Below are positions 26,672-36,300 of a stretch of 64,000 nt of DNA, one piece after another; positions within the stretch are counted from its first letter, which is position 1, and each line of letters opens with the position of its first letter. Origin of the DNA: a virus (Duplodnaviria; Caudoviricetes); IMG/VR virus record IMGVR_UViG_649633004_000004, positions 2,833 through 66,832 of that record; one strand, given 5' to 3'. The notes beneath the pieces are model-generated. The model was not told the DNA's origin, ran no database searches, and worked only from the letters and a program-made list of their open reading frames with translations. Both the position numbers and the translations under genes were made by a program.

Positions 26672-28774
26672 ATGTACGGATTCAATCCCGAGAAGCATAA
26701 GGACCAGCCGAATGCCGAGTTGCCCAAGCTGGGTTTCAAGCCCCGCAAGAGCGCGCCGGCCGATGCGGCGGCGCCCGAGTTGCCGGCTTCCACCGCGCCT
26801 GGCAGGGGGTTTCGGCCGGGGATGAAGGAGGAGATGGCAGCGCCCTCCGTGGGACTGGGATTCCGGCCTGGTATGGGTGGGCCGGTGACGACTGATGCGC
26901 TTCCGGGCCTGGGCTTTCAGCCTTTCAAGGATGCGATGCGCGCCCAGGCGCAGAACCAGGCGCCCGATTCCATCCCCGCCATGGTCAAGCCGGGCGAGTT
27001 CGTGCTGCCGCCCGATACCGTGCACGCCATGGGAGGGGCGCAGGTTCTGCAGGGCGTGGTGGATGCCACGCACACGCCGGCGCCCGAGGCGGCCATCGTG
27101 CCGCGCGGGTTCAAGCCGCGGGCGTATTTCGCGGATGGTGGACTGGCCGGCCCCAAGCGCGAGGACTACGTGGGCAATGCCTTCAAGACCATGGAGCAGC
27201 AGCGCGCGGCGTCCGCAGCGCAGGCCCAGGCCGCCGGCGCCCAGGCCGAAGCCGATGGCGCAGCTGCGGCGTCGAGGAAGGTCGCGCAGACAGGCATGGC
27301 GCCGGCGCCGAATTCGCCGAGCAACACCTTCCCCGGTAATCGACTGCAGGGAACGAGTGGATTCAGTGGAGCGCCGATGGGCGCGGCGCCTGCTGCTGGC
27401 GCAGCCCCGGTGCCGGCGCCAGCTGCGCCCGCCACTGCGCCCACCGCCGCAGGCTTCATGCCTGGCACGCGCGCCGTGTTCAATGAGTCGGGCAAGGCCA
27501 TCGGCGACTTGGCCAGTCAGGGCCGCTATGGTGCGGCAGCCGGGGAGGCCGCGCGTGCGGCGCTGGCCTATGCGCCCGCCGTGGCAGATGACGTGATCGG
27601 CGGCGCGGCGCGCGCGGTGCTCCCGGCCGTTGTAGACGCCGGCAAGCAGTTCCTTGGCATGGGCAACACGCCGGCAGTCCCTCCCCCAGCGGCATCGACC
27701 GCCGTCGCCCGTCCAGGCGCATCGCCGGTCGCGCCCGCCGCGGCGCCGGCCACTGCCGCCGTTCCCGCATCCAGCGCGCCAGCGACCTCCAGCGGCGATG
27801 TCACCCGCGTGGGCAACAGCTACTCCGGCACCAACGTCAGCGGCGACATCACGGTCAACGGCCAGGCGCCTGCCGGCGGATTCATGGTGGCGGACGCCCC
27901 GCAAGCGCGCGGCTTTCGCCCTGGCATGGGCTCCTCCGCACCCGCGCCCGGCCAGGGGTTCGGGTTTCGGCCCGGGATGGGTGCTGCGGCGGATGGCCCG
28001 GCACCGCGGCTTGGCTTCGGGCCTGGGTCGGAACTCGCGCGCATTCAGGCCCAGGCCGCGCAACCCGGTTTCTCCGGCGTGATCGGCCAGCAGGGCGGCA
28101 ACGGCAACATGTGGAGCCGCACGCCCGAGCAGCAGCGGCGCGACGCCGAGGTGCAGGCCAGTTCCATCCATCGGCCAACTGCGGCCATCGGCGCTAACGC
28201 GCTGCGCTCACTCGATGCCCAGGATCTCGAAGGGGTGCGCGGCGCCAACGCGCTGGCGCAGGAGAACGTGCGCCAGGCCGGTGGACTGCAGCGCGAGGGC
28301 ATGCAGCAGCAGGGAGCCAACACCCGCGCAGCCATGAGCTCCGCCGTTGATCAGCAGCGCGTGAACCAAGAAGGCCGCAGGGTGGACAGCCAGGTCGAAG
28401 CGCAGGGCTTCGCGAACCGCCAAGCCGCGCAGCAGGAACAACTGCGCGCGATCCTCGCCGACCCCAAGGCGCCGATCACGCAGAAGATGGAGGCGCAGCG
28501 GACGTTGAGCGCCCTCGCCGGCCAGGGCGACAGGTGGAAGCCCGTGGCGCTGCAGGGCGGCACCGACGCCCAGGGCAATAAGACCGAGAGCATCCTGGGG
28601 GCAGTGAACGAGCGGACGGGGGAGATGCGGCGGATGGATGGGGGGGCACAGGGTGGGGGCACGATGCCGCCTGCAGGCGCGGTAGCGGCGTTGCGCGCCG
28701 ATCCAAAGAGGGCGGCGGATTTCGATGCCAAGTATGGCGCAGGCGCCTCACAGAGAGTGCTTGCGCAGCGCTAG
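26672..28774 (+). CDS. Internal virion (ejection) protein with GF(R/K)PG repeats
   Basis: Low-complexity Ala/Gly/Gln; DSIPAMVKPGEFVLP motif; C-terminal LRADPKRAADFDAKYGAGAS. Confidence 0.65.
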   Translation: MYGFNPEKHKDQPNAELPKLGFKPRKSAPADAAAPELPASTAPGRGFRPGMKEEMAAPSVGLGFRPGMGGPVTTDALPGLGFQPFKDAMRAQAQNQAPDSIPAMVKPGEFVLPPDTVHAMGGAQVLQGVVDATHTPAPEAAIVPRGFKPRAYFADGGLAGPKREDYVGNAFKTMEQQRAASAAQAQAAGAQAEADGAAAASRKVAQTGMAPAPNSPSNTFPGNRLQGTSGFSGAPMGAAPAAGAAPVPAPAAPATAPTAAGFMPGTRAVFNESGKAIGDLASQGRYGAAAGEAARAALAYAPAVADDVIGGAARAVLPAVVDAGKQFLGMGNTPAVPPPAASTAVARPGASPVAPAAAPATAAVPASSAPATSSGDVTRVGNSYSGTNVSGDITVNGQAPAGGFMVADAPQARGFRPGMGSSAPAPGQGFGFRPGMGAAADGPAPRLGFGPGSELARIQAQAAQPGFSGVIGQQGGNGNMWSRTPEQQRRDAEVQASSIHRPTAAIGANALRSLDAQDLEGVRGANALAQENVRQAGGLQREGMQQQGANTRAAMSSAVDQQRVNQEGRRVDSQVEAQGFANRQAAQQEQLRAILADPKAPITQKMEAQRTLSALAGQGDRWKPVALQGGTDAQGNKTESILGAVNERTGEMRRMDGGAQGGGTMPPAGAVAALRADPKRAADFDAKYGAGASQRVLAQR

Positions 28775-28784
28775 CTTGGCTTGA

Positions 28785-29591
28785 CTAGCCCAAAATCCCT
28801 GTGACGTTCAGACAACCGTCGCCACCGTGAACCACGTCGCCTGCAGCGAAGCGGATCAACGCTTCCGTTCCGGGGGTGATGGCCTGCTTCAGGGGGAGGT
28901 TGTAGGAGGCGTAGCTTTCCGGTGCAGCATTGCCGCACAACCCTGGAGCGTATTCGAACTGGATCACATTCATATTGAATTTTGAGTGATTCGCAACGTG
29001 GAGCCACACAATACCATTGGCAATCCACCAAGTCTGTTCGGCTTCCACCCTGCCAACGTCTAAGGTTGACCATCGCCCCAAGGAGTTGTCTTCGCGCGAT
29101 GGTTGTCTAACTTCAACGATTAGAAGATCCCCAGCTTCGCCTGCACTGCGGAGTGCTTTGACTCGTGCGGCATAGGCTTCACGGGATCGAGGGGCGGGGT
29201 GGTCAAATTGATCGAAAAAATTAGGTTGAGCCGCCTGTGCGGCAGGTTCAGTCGCTGGCTGCTCTTGCTGTACTGGAACCTGTTGCGCAGCCCGCTTCTG
29301 GTTGAATGTCTCCAGGTAAGGGGCCGCCACCACCAGCGCTAGCAGCACCCAGGCCAGCATGAAGAACCGCCCTGGCCATGCCGCCTTCGCTCGCTTTGTG
29401 AAAAAGAGCGCGTACAGGCCGAAGGCGACGCCAGCGATCACCAGCGGAGTTATCCACGTCGAGGCCCAGGTCAACGCACCCTGCGACCCGTACCAGACGT
29501 AAGGCGAGGCCAGCGCCAGGATCATCATGCCGACGATGTGGCGGGCAAAGCGTAGCGGCATGGATGGCTGGGTTTCTGCGGCTGTGCTCAT
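28785..29591 (-). CDS. 3-TM membrane protein with periplasmic domain carrying NFFDQFD (candidate superinfection exclusion)
   Basis: Three hydrophobic segments, KRAK cytoplasmic loop, AGGAGG RBS; antisense to the late operon. Confidence 0.75.
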   Translation of the reverse strand: MSTAAETQPSMPLRFARHIVGMMILALASPYVWYGSQGALTWASTWITPLVIAGVAFGLYALFFTKRAKAAWPGRFFMLAWVLLALVVAAPYLETFNQKRAAQQVPVQQEQPATEPAAQAAQPNFFDQFDHPAPRSREAYAARVKALRSAGEAGDLLIVEVRQPSREDNSLGRWSTLDVGRVEAEQTWWIANGIVWLHVANHSKFNMNVIQFEYAPGLCGNAAPESYASYNLPLKQAITPGTEALIRFAAGDVVHGGDGCLNVTGILG

Positions 29592-29721
29592 GTGTGCGTC
29601 CCTCCTGGGAGGGAATGTAGCAGGGCCTCATCTGGCGAGAGTGAGAGTAGAGTGGATTGTGAGTACCTTGCCACGGACTTAGAAATTGCATTGTGTAGCA
29701 TCACGTAAGAGGGCTACATAG

Positions 29722-30801
29722 ATGCGAAAAATTTCTCATAAAAGACAGATGTGGTTGCTACGCCGACAACGCGTGTGGTGTAAGGGGCATAAGTTTTTAG
29801 CAGGCGTTGCTAAGACCAAGACTAAGCCCAAGATCAAGCGCGATGTTTTGGTCGCCCCTGGGTATTTTTGCTTGGCGTCAAGCAACAACGTTCGAAGTGA
29901 GGCTTCAGCCCAGTTCCTTGCTTTTTTGCGATCAATCCGTGACTTTAGAGGATCTGGCCTTTGCATAGACATGAGTCGAGTGCAGCGGATGGTCGCGAAT
30001 GCAACCCTGCTGTTCAAGGCAGAGCTTTCATATCAAATACAGCGTGGGGTGAGCGTTGGAGGTGTAATGCCCCGTAAGGCGCGGACTCATCAGGTCCTCA
30101 CGCAGACCGGCTTGACCCGAATGTTGGGGCTTCCAGAATGCAAGCATGTTGACCGAGAAGACACTGTCCACTGGCGCCATGCTTCGGGATCGTGGAGCGT
30201 TACGCAGCCATCCCACTTGAGCTCCCTGTTGGGCGGTAATGAACAGCAGAACGCCTTGTTGTACACGGGGATGATCGAATCAGTCGCGAACTGTATTGAG
30301 CATGCCTATCGGGAACACCCCAAACGCAGAGCATTTGGCGCAGGGCACGATGGATGGTGGGGATTTCAGCAGTTACGCGACGGCGTACTCTCAACCTGCA
30401 TTTGTGATTTGGGGATTGGCATCGCTCGGTCGCTTCCGCTCAAGCTTGCAGACGAGCCGACCCTATACAAAAAGTTGGTGGCTCTCTTCAACCACCTGCG
30501 TGGAGATGACGTCAGGGGGATCCTAGCTGCGATCGAGTATGGTCGTTCGAGCACAGGCTTGGTACAGCGCGGGAAGGGCCTTCGGGATGCACACAGGGTG
30601 ATTGATGATGCGGGGGAAGGTCACTTCCACATCTTCAGCAACCAGGGCATGTACATCTACCGTAAAGAGCGGGGGAAGGAGCCGACCTCTGGGACGCGGC
30701 GATTGGCGGAATCTATTGAAGGGACAATCTACTACTGGCAGTACCCACTACAATCACAGGGTGCAGTAGGAGTCATTCCTATTGGAGGAGTACTTTCATG
30801 A
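29722..30801 (+). CDS. STAS-like + HATPase (RsbW/SpoIIAB-like Ser kinase fold) protein
   Basis: ESVANCIEHAY (N box), CDLGIGI (G1), RGKGL (G2), GTIY; no His-kinase H-box apparent. Confidence 0.8.
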   Translation: MRKISHKRQMWLLRRQRVWCKGHKFLAGVAKTKTKPKIKRDVLVAPGYFCLASSNNVRSEASAQFLAFLRSIRDFRGSGLCIDMSRVQRMVANATLLFKAELSYQIQRGVSVGGVMPRKARTHQVLTQTGLTRMLGLPECKHVDREDTVHWRHASGSWSVTQPSHLSSLLGGNEQQNALLYTGMIESVANCIEHAYREHPKRRAFGAGHDGWWGFQQLRDGVLSTCICDLGIGIARSLPLKLADEPTLYKKLVALFNHLRGDDVRGILAAIEYGRSSTGLVQRGKGLRDAHRVIDDAGEGHFHIFSNQGMYIYRKERGKEPTSGTRRLAESIEGTIYYWQYPLQSQGAVGVIPIGGVLS

Positions 30802-31121
30802 CTACCCTGAGCGTGGCTAGCCAGTTCAGTCGGTATCCTGGTGGCCGATTCAAGAGGATCAGTGAGAACAGTGGCGAGCAATTCCGAGAGGATGTGCTTC
30901 TCCCTGCGTTGCAAAAGGATGGCTTGGTCGTTGTCGATTTGGATGGCGTTGTTGGCTACGGAAGCAGCTTCTTGGAAGAGGTGTTCGGTGGAGTGGTTCG
31001 GGCTAAACGATGGAAATCACGCGAGGAGGTGAACAAGCATCTCCGCATCGCCTCAGAGAAAGAGAGTTGGTTGCGCGAGGCCAACATGTACATTGACGCA
31101 GCACTGGCACTTTTGAAGTAA
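30798..31121 (+). CDS. STAS-like domain protein (DUF4325-like)
   Basis: SGEQFRE..L, VVVDLDGVVGYGSSFLEEVFGG; ATGA-coupled to the kinase. Confidence 0.85.
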   Translation: MTTLSVASQFSRYPGGRFKRISENSGEQFREDVLLPALQKDGLVVVDLDGVVGYGSSFLEEVFGGVVRAKRWKSREEVNKHLRIASEKESWLREANMYIDAALALLK

Positions 31122-31138
31122 CGAGACACTGAGGTATC

Positions 31139-31621
31139 TTGTTGTTCGATGGCTTCCTAAAGTATTTACCATCCGTCCTCGTTGTTTTAGGATGGGCAAT
31201 TGCTTATAAATTGCAGGCGTTGCAGGCGCGAAGAAAGCTTCTACGCGAAGAAGTCGAGAAGACTCGGCAAGCGGTGGAGAAACTACGCGAGATCGCTTTG
31301 CAGTTCCATGTGAATGTGTATGACCCTGAAAAACGGGGTGCTATCGTGATTGCGCTGACAGACATTGAGCGGCGCTACGGCATGTTTCCAGAAATTGCTC
31401 GTGCGCGGAGCGAATGCTCCTTCAACGCGGTGGATATTAGCAAGACGCGCGTGGATGCCAAGTATCTAACGGAATTGAGGCAGGCAATCACACTTGAGCA
31501 CTTCGAAGATCCAGAAAGTGCTCCCCTGCAGCACGGGCATGAACAGCTTGAGCGGATAACGGTAGCAGCGTCCGCATTGATCGGCGAATTGGACAAGGTA
31601 TTGGTTGCCGCATTAGATTGA
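31139..31621 (+). CDS. Hypothetical protein with N-terminal TM
   Basis: LPSVLVVLGWAIAY TM then coiled coil; GAGG RBS with TTG start; third gene of the operon. Confidence 0.7.
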   Translation: MLFDGFLKYLPSVLVVLGWAIAYKLQALQARRKLLREEVEKTRQAVEKLREIALQFHVNVYDPEKRGAIVIALTDIERRYGMFPEIARARSECSFNAVDISKTRVDAKYLTELRQAITLEHFEDPESAPLQHGHEQLERITVAASALIGELDKVLVAALD

Positions 31622-31656
31622 GCCGCGCAGACAACGTGGCTCCTACCTCCGCAGTT

Positions 31657-31694
31657 CCCCCCGAAGTGGAGAAGCCCGCTTCGGGGGGGGCTTT
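31657..31694. terminator. Hairpin between convergent operons
   Basis: CCCCCCGAAG / CTTCGGGGGG inverted repeat. Confidence 0.5.
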
Positions 31695-32359
31695 CAATCG
31701 AAGTCTTCCAGCGGATCCGGCCGCTTAGAGCGTCCGATGAAGAGGCCGAATACGCGCCGATCCGGGAACCGCTCTCTTATGATGCGCTGGCACGCTTTGA
31801 AGTGGGTGCCATTGGTCAGCACATCGTCGAACAGCATGATCACCTCGCGAAGCGGAGTAGTCAGACATGCTTCATTGATATGAATGTGCTGGCACAAGTC
31901 ATCGGGGGTGGGGCGCTTTACGCCAGATTGGTATTCATGATGGGCCTGCATAGAGCGGTTCGCGAGCAGCAACTCGCGCACATCTAGCTTCGGCCGCACG
32001 AGGTTAAGCGCCTGTACAAGCCGGTCGTCGTAGAGTGGATCGGTCTTAGCTTTTGATGGCGGCACCGGGACTACAGTGAAACGCTCCAGCACTTCAGGCT
32101 TGAGTACCTGTCCCACATACGATGCCACCTGCGCGATGGCGCGTTCTTTGTAAACGTACTCGGACCGCCCCTTGCGATCAACGGATTTCTTGAAATTCGA
32201 GATCAGATTGTTGACAGGGCCAGCGCCGTAACCGCCTCCGGGTTGGTACTCTCCCAGGCAGTAGCACTCGTCATCGGGAGCTAGGTAGTAGTGCTCCGCC
32301 AGGATCGAGCCATCAATGCGAATTACCCGAAATGCCGAGGTGTTGCCTGATTTCGTCAT
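31694..32359 (-). CDS. PRTase-fold protein (ShosT-like partner)
   Basis: VVPVPPSK and MLFDDVLTNGTHF PRPP-binding motif; overlaps the DprA-like gene; start uncertain. Confidence 0.8.
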   Translation of the reverse strand: MTKSGNTSAFRVIRIDGSILAEHYYLAPDDECYCLGEYQPGGGYGAGPVNNLISNFKKSVDRKGRSEYVYKERAIAQVASYVGQVLKPEVLERFTVVPVPPSKAKTDPLYDDRLVQALNLVRPKLDVRELLLANRSMQAHHEYQSGVKRPTPDDLCQHIHINEACLTTPLREVIMLFDDVLTNGTHFKACQRIIRERFPDRRVFGLFIGRSKRPDPLEDFD

Positions 32360-33209
32360 AGTCGGATACGCGGATTGCGCCAGCGGCTTGCAATCGGGCC
32401 GGCCACTTCAGGCCGCGCTCGAAGCAGTTGTTCAAAATGAACAGTTTCCTACCTTGCTCCAGCGCCGCACGAGCCTGAGTCAGACTCCCGGATGTTTCGC
32501 CGGCTTCAACAATGATCGTCGCTTGCGTGAGCGCGGACATCGTTGCGTTGCGCTCTGGAAAGAAGAGTCGATTCCACTTGGGCGTCTGTTGCATATACCT
32601 GATGACCGGTACTTGGCTGACCAGCAGGTAGTTGCGGGCGATGTGCTCCTGGAGTTCGCTATTTTCCCGTGGATAGACTTCGCTGATGGGTGTACCGATG
32701 ACGCCCACTGTTTGCCCTCCGGCCTCAAGCGCGGCCGTGTGTGCTGCGGTATCAATGCCTTTTGCCAGACCCGACACCACGACCACCCCATCCGCAACGA
32801 GACACCTTGCGAGGCGACGAGCACGCCGAATGCCTTCATCGCTGGCCTCGCGGCTTCCCACCAGCGCAACGCGCCAGGGCGTGTACAGCAGGTCTAGATT
32901 TCCCCGGTAGTACAGGAATTGCACCGGATGCCTAGCAGAGCGCAGTTCCTCCGGGTACTCCAGCGTCCCTTGGACAACGAATCCGGCATCTTCGATGTGC
33001 TTCTTGCGGAAGATTTCCAACACTTCCCGCGCACGTTTGATTGCTTGATCGGAACTCACGAACTGCGACGGCAGATCGTTGTGGCTCTTGCGGAACAACT
33101 CTGCCAGCGTCTTGAACGACTGGCCGTCCTGCGACCAAAGTTCTTCGTAGGCCCCAAGCTCAAGAGCCGGGGACACCGCTTGCTGCGCGAACAGCTCAGA
33201 TGTGATCAC
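32313..33209 (-). CDS. dprA: DprA/Smf-like protein (ShosA-like)
   Basis: VALVGSR, VVSGLAKGIDTAAH, FPERN, VEAGETSGSL motifs; AAGGAG RBS with GTG start. Confidence 0.88.
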   Translation of the reverse strand: MITSELFAQQAVSPALELGAYEELWSQDGQSFKTLAELFRKSHNDLPSQFVSSDQAIKRAREVLEIFRKKHIEDAGFVVQGTLEYPEELRSARHPVQFLYYRGNLDLLYTPWRVALVGSREASDEGIRRARRLARCLVADGVVVVSGLAKGIDTAAHTAALEAGGQTVGVIGTPISEVYPRENSELQEHIARNYLLVSQVPVIRYMQQTPKWNRLFFPERNATMSALTQATIIVEAGETSGSLTQARAALEQGRKLFILNNCFERGLKWPARLQAAGAIRVSDYDEIRQHLGISGNSH

Positions 33210-33226
33210 TTCGCACTCCTTGAGAA

Positions 33227-33246
33227 TACTGTGAAAATATACAGTA
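33227..33246. promoter_or_regulatory. LexA (SOS) box upstream of the DprA-PRTase operon
   Basis: TACTGTGAAAATATACAGTA matches CTGT-N8-ACAG with TA flanks, ~20 bp before the GTG start. Confidence 0.8.
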
Positions 33247-33308
33247 TTTTGATCCGTCGTACTTCATCTTTACCCACGGGGCATTTTGCCATCCGCTGGT
33301 GAGTTGAC

Positions 33309-33356
33309 CCCCGTATGGGGTTTGTCCATCATCCCCTCGATTGAGAGAGTGGGGGG
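33309..33356 (+). promoter_or_regulatory. Late promoter motif copy 3 (giant protein)
   Basis: CCCCGTATGGGGTTTG...GAGAGT-N6-ATG. Confidence 0.6.
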
Positions 33357-36300
33357 ATGGCTGACAACTACTTCGACCAGTTCGACTCCCCTGCGGCTAC
33401 CGAGAGCGCTAGTAAAGGCAACTACTTCGACCAGTTCGACGAGAAGCCTGCTGCCCGTTCCGCAGCCCGTAGCGCAGGCGATTCCGCCATTGCTGCCGGT
33501 ACTGGCGTCATTCAGGGCGTCAAGATGCTCACCGACGTGGCGGGCGCGGACAACGCTGTATCGCGCACCTTGGGCAATGCATCGGACGCGCTGACCGATC
33601 TGGAATCCCCCTACCGCAAGGCGCAAAAGCAAGAGCGCGCCGCCAAGATCAAGGCCGCTGAGGCGACGGGAAGCACCTGGGAAGAAATCAAGGCCCACGT
33701 TGGCGCGTTCGCGGATGCGCCCCTCGACACCACGCTGAACGCGCTGGGCACGTCGGCGCCCACGCTCGCGGCTGCGGCGCTGTCGGGCGGCAGTAGCGTT
33801 GCGGCGCAGATTGCTGCGCGCGCGGCGCCCGTGGTGCTGGGCGTGGCGCAGGGCGCGGGCAATATCAAGGGCCAAGTCCATGAGGCGGTGAAGCAAAAGC
33901 ACCTGGAGGCGGGCGTCAGCGAGGCTGAGGCGACGCAGCGCGCGGATGCCGCCCAAGCCTACGACGGCAGCAACCTGGGTTCCATCGCCCTTGGCGGCGC
34001 GCTGGGCGGGCTGGCTGGCGGCACGGGCGCTGAGGCTGCAGCACGCCGGTTGCTGGGCCGCAAGGTTGCCGCCGAAGCTGCGGAACATGCAGCCCCCGGC
34101 GTGATTCGCTCTGCCGTGACAGGCGCGGCCAAGGAAGCTCCGATGGAGGCGCTCCAGGGCGGCCAGGAGCGGCATGCGTCCAACGTGGCCTTGCAGGGCG
34201 AGGGCTTCGACGTGCCGACATGGCAGGGCGTGGCCGGGCAGGCGGCGTTGGAAGGGTTGGCTGCTGCTCCGATGGGCGGTGGATTCGGAGTCGCGGAAGG
34301 CATGCATGCGCGCGGCCGACAAACCAGCGACCCCATCTCCGAAGGTGTTGCAGCGCGCCAGGCGGCGGAGGCGGCAGCAGCGGACGCCCAGGCCAAGGCG
34401 GATGCGGCCGTGCCGCCATGGACCACGGATCTGGGCGCCGCTGACCCGAATGCGCAGGCCGCAACTGCTGCGGCCACGGATGCCAACGCGCCGCGCGTGG
34501 CTGAAGCGCAGTTCGAGACTCAGCCTGGCGCAGCGCCGGACTATGGCAACGGCATCGATTACCAGCGGGAGTTCGACACGGGCGGGATGGAGCTGGCCGA
34601 AGGCGAACCGCGGGCTCTGGGATTTAACCCGCTGGCGGGCACGCCGACCGTATTTGCAGATGGCTCCGTGGCGCTCAATGGTGAGCAGGAATTCCAGCAC
34701 CGCACAGGTGTCGCATCGCCTTCGCAGCGCATGGGCCTCGACGCGCGCACCGGATCGCTGTCGGCCGCCGCGGTGCAGGCGGTGGACTCTGGCGCGCATG
34801 CGCAGATGCAGCAGGCCGCGGCGCAGGTGCAGGCGGCGCAGGAAGCCAAGAGAGCCAAGCCGACACAGAAAAAGGAGCAGGAACCGCAGGCTATGCCTGA
34901 TGTTGATCCGCAAACCGGGGAGATCGCCCAGGGGCCCGGCATGGCCGCGTGGTCGGATGCCGATCTCTCCACCGCCTTCCGCGGTGCTCAGTCGCGCGAT
35001 GTGCGCCTGCAGCTTGCCAAGGAGATGCAGCGCCGGCGTGAGCAGCGGGCCCTGCAGGCGGAGTTGGATGCCGAGCAGTCCGGCACCGTGCCTGGCGCCG
35101 ATGGCACCGATACCGCATTCGCCAGCGTCACCGAGGACGCGGGCGCACTCCCGGCCCGTGCGGCCACCACTACCGAAGGACAGATGAATGGCGCTCAAGC
35201 CGATCAAGCCCAGCAAGCAGCAGCGCAACCGCCGCAAGGACGAGCAGCGCCGGCAGGACAACCAGCAGCGCGGGGGCTGAGCGATGGCGCCCCGGCTCAG
35301 GACGTTGGAGCGCAAGCAGCGCCAGCGGCAGGTCCGCAAGCTCAAGCGCAAGGTGGCGAAGTTGAAGCGCTGCGCCAGAAGCTGCGCGACGTAGAGGCCA
35401 GGATCATCGCCGCGGCACCCGGCGCCATGGGGCAGGGCGGCGGCGACATCGAGGCGGCCATGAAAAGCCGCAAGGTGCCTGTGACGCTCAAGGCGCAGCG
35501 CAAGAAGCTGGTGGATCAAGTGCGCACTGCGCAGGCGACCGAGGTGAAGACCTTCGCACCAGAAACCGGAACGCTGGGCATCCCGCGGGCCGACATGCCC
35601 CAGGTGCCAAGCCAGTCCCATGGCGGCTTGGTCAAGCACCTAAACGCCCAGGGCATCGCGCACGAAATCATGACCGTGGATGCGGCTGAGTTGAAGCCCA
35701 CCCAGGCTGAATACTCGCCGGCCAAGGTGGAGGCGGCCAAGACGGCCGGTGGCGACCGCGCAGTGATCGTGTCCAACGATGGCCACATCATCGACGGGCA
35801 CCACCAGGCCATGGCGGCAGCACAGGAAGGCAAGCCCGTCAAGGCCATCGTGCTGGATGCACCCGTGGACCAGGCGCTGGAGGCGGTGAAGGCGTCGCCC
35901 AGTGCGCAGGCCAGTAAGCCTGAGACGCCTGACTACGAGGCCCAGGTAGCAGAGATGCTGGACCCGGCCAGCCCGCGCACAAGCGTGACCATTGCGGCCG
36001 GACATGAAGTCCCCGAATCGGTATATCGCGCGCAGACCAGTCTCCGCGCTGCCCCAGGCTACACGATGAAGCCGGGTAAAGATGGAACTGTCATACTGAC
36101 GAGCACCGGCAAGAAGTCGGAAACCAGCCGTAAGGCCAGCAACGGCGAGCCCCCCGCATCACCATCCGCCCGCATCGAAGACTTCGGCGAGACGCTGCGC
36201 GGCGCCCGCAAGATGCTCTATGCCGAGGCCTATGCCGATGGCATGGCCAAGGCCAAGGAGCTCGACGCCAAGGCGCACCCGCTGTCCAAGACCTGGCCTG

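Noticed and set aside
25577-28171. 864-aa minus-strand ORF (similarly 33270-35639, 37233-38951, 40491-42104, 48194-50494, 18800-20182)
   Set aside because: Antisense shadows of high-GC genes with clear phage motifs on the plus strand; no motifs or RBS of their own
33365-33440. 22-bp repeat pair with a 32-bp spacer resembling a mini CRISPR array
   Set aside because: Only two copies, in frame within a CDS encoding NYFDQFD; no cas genes or leader
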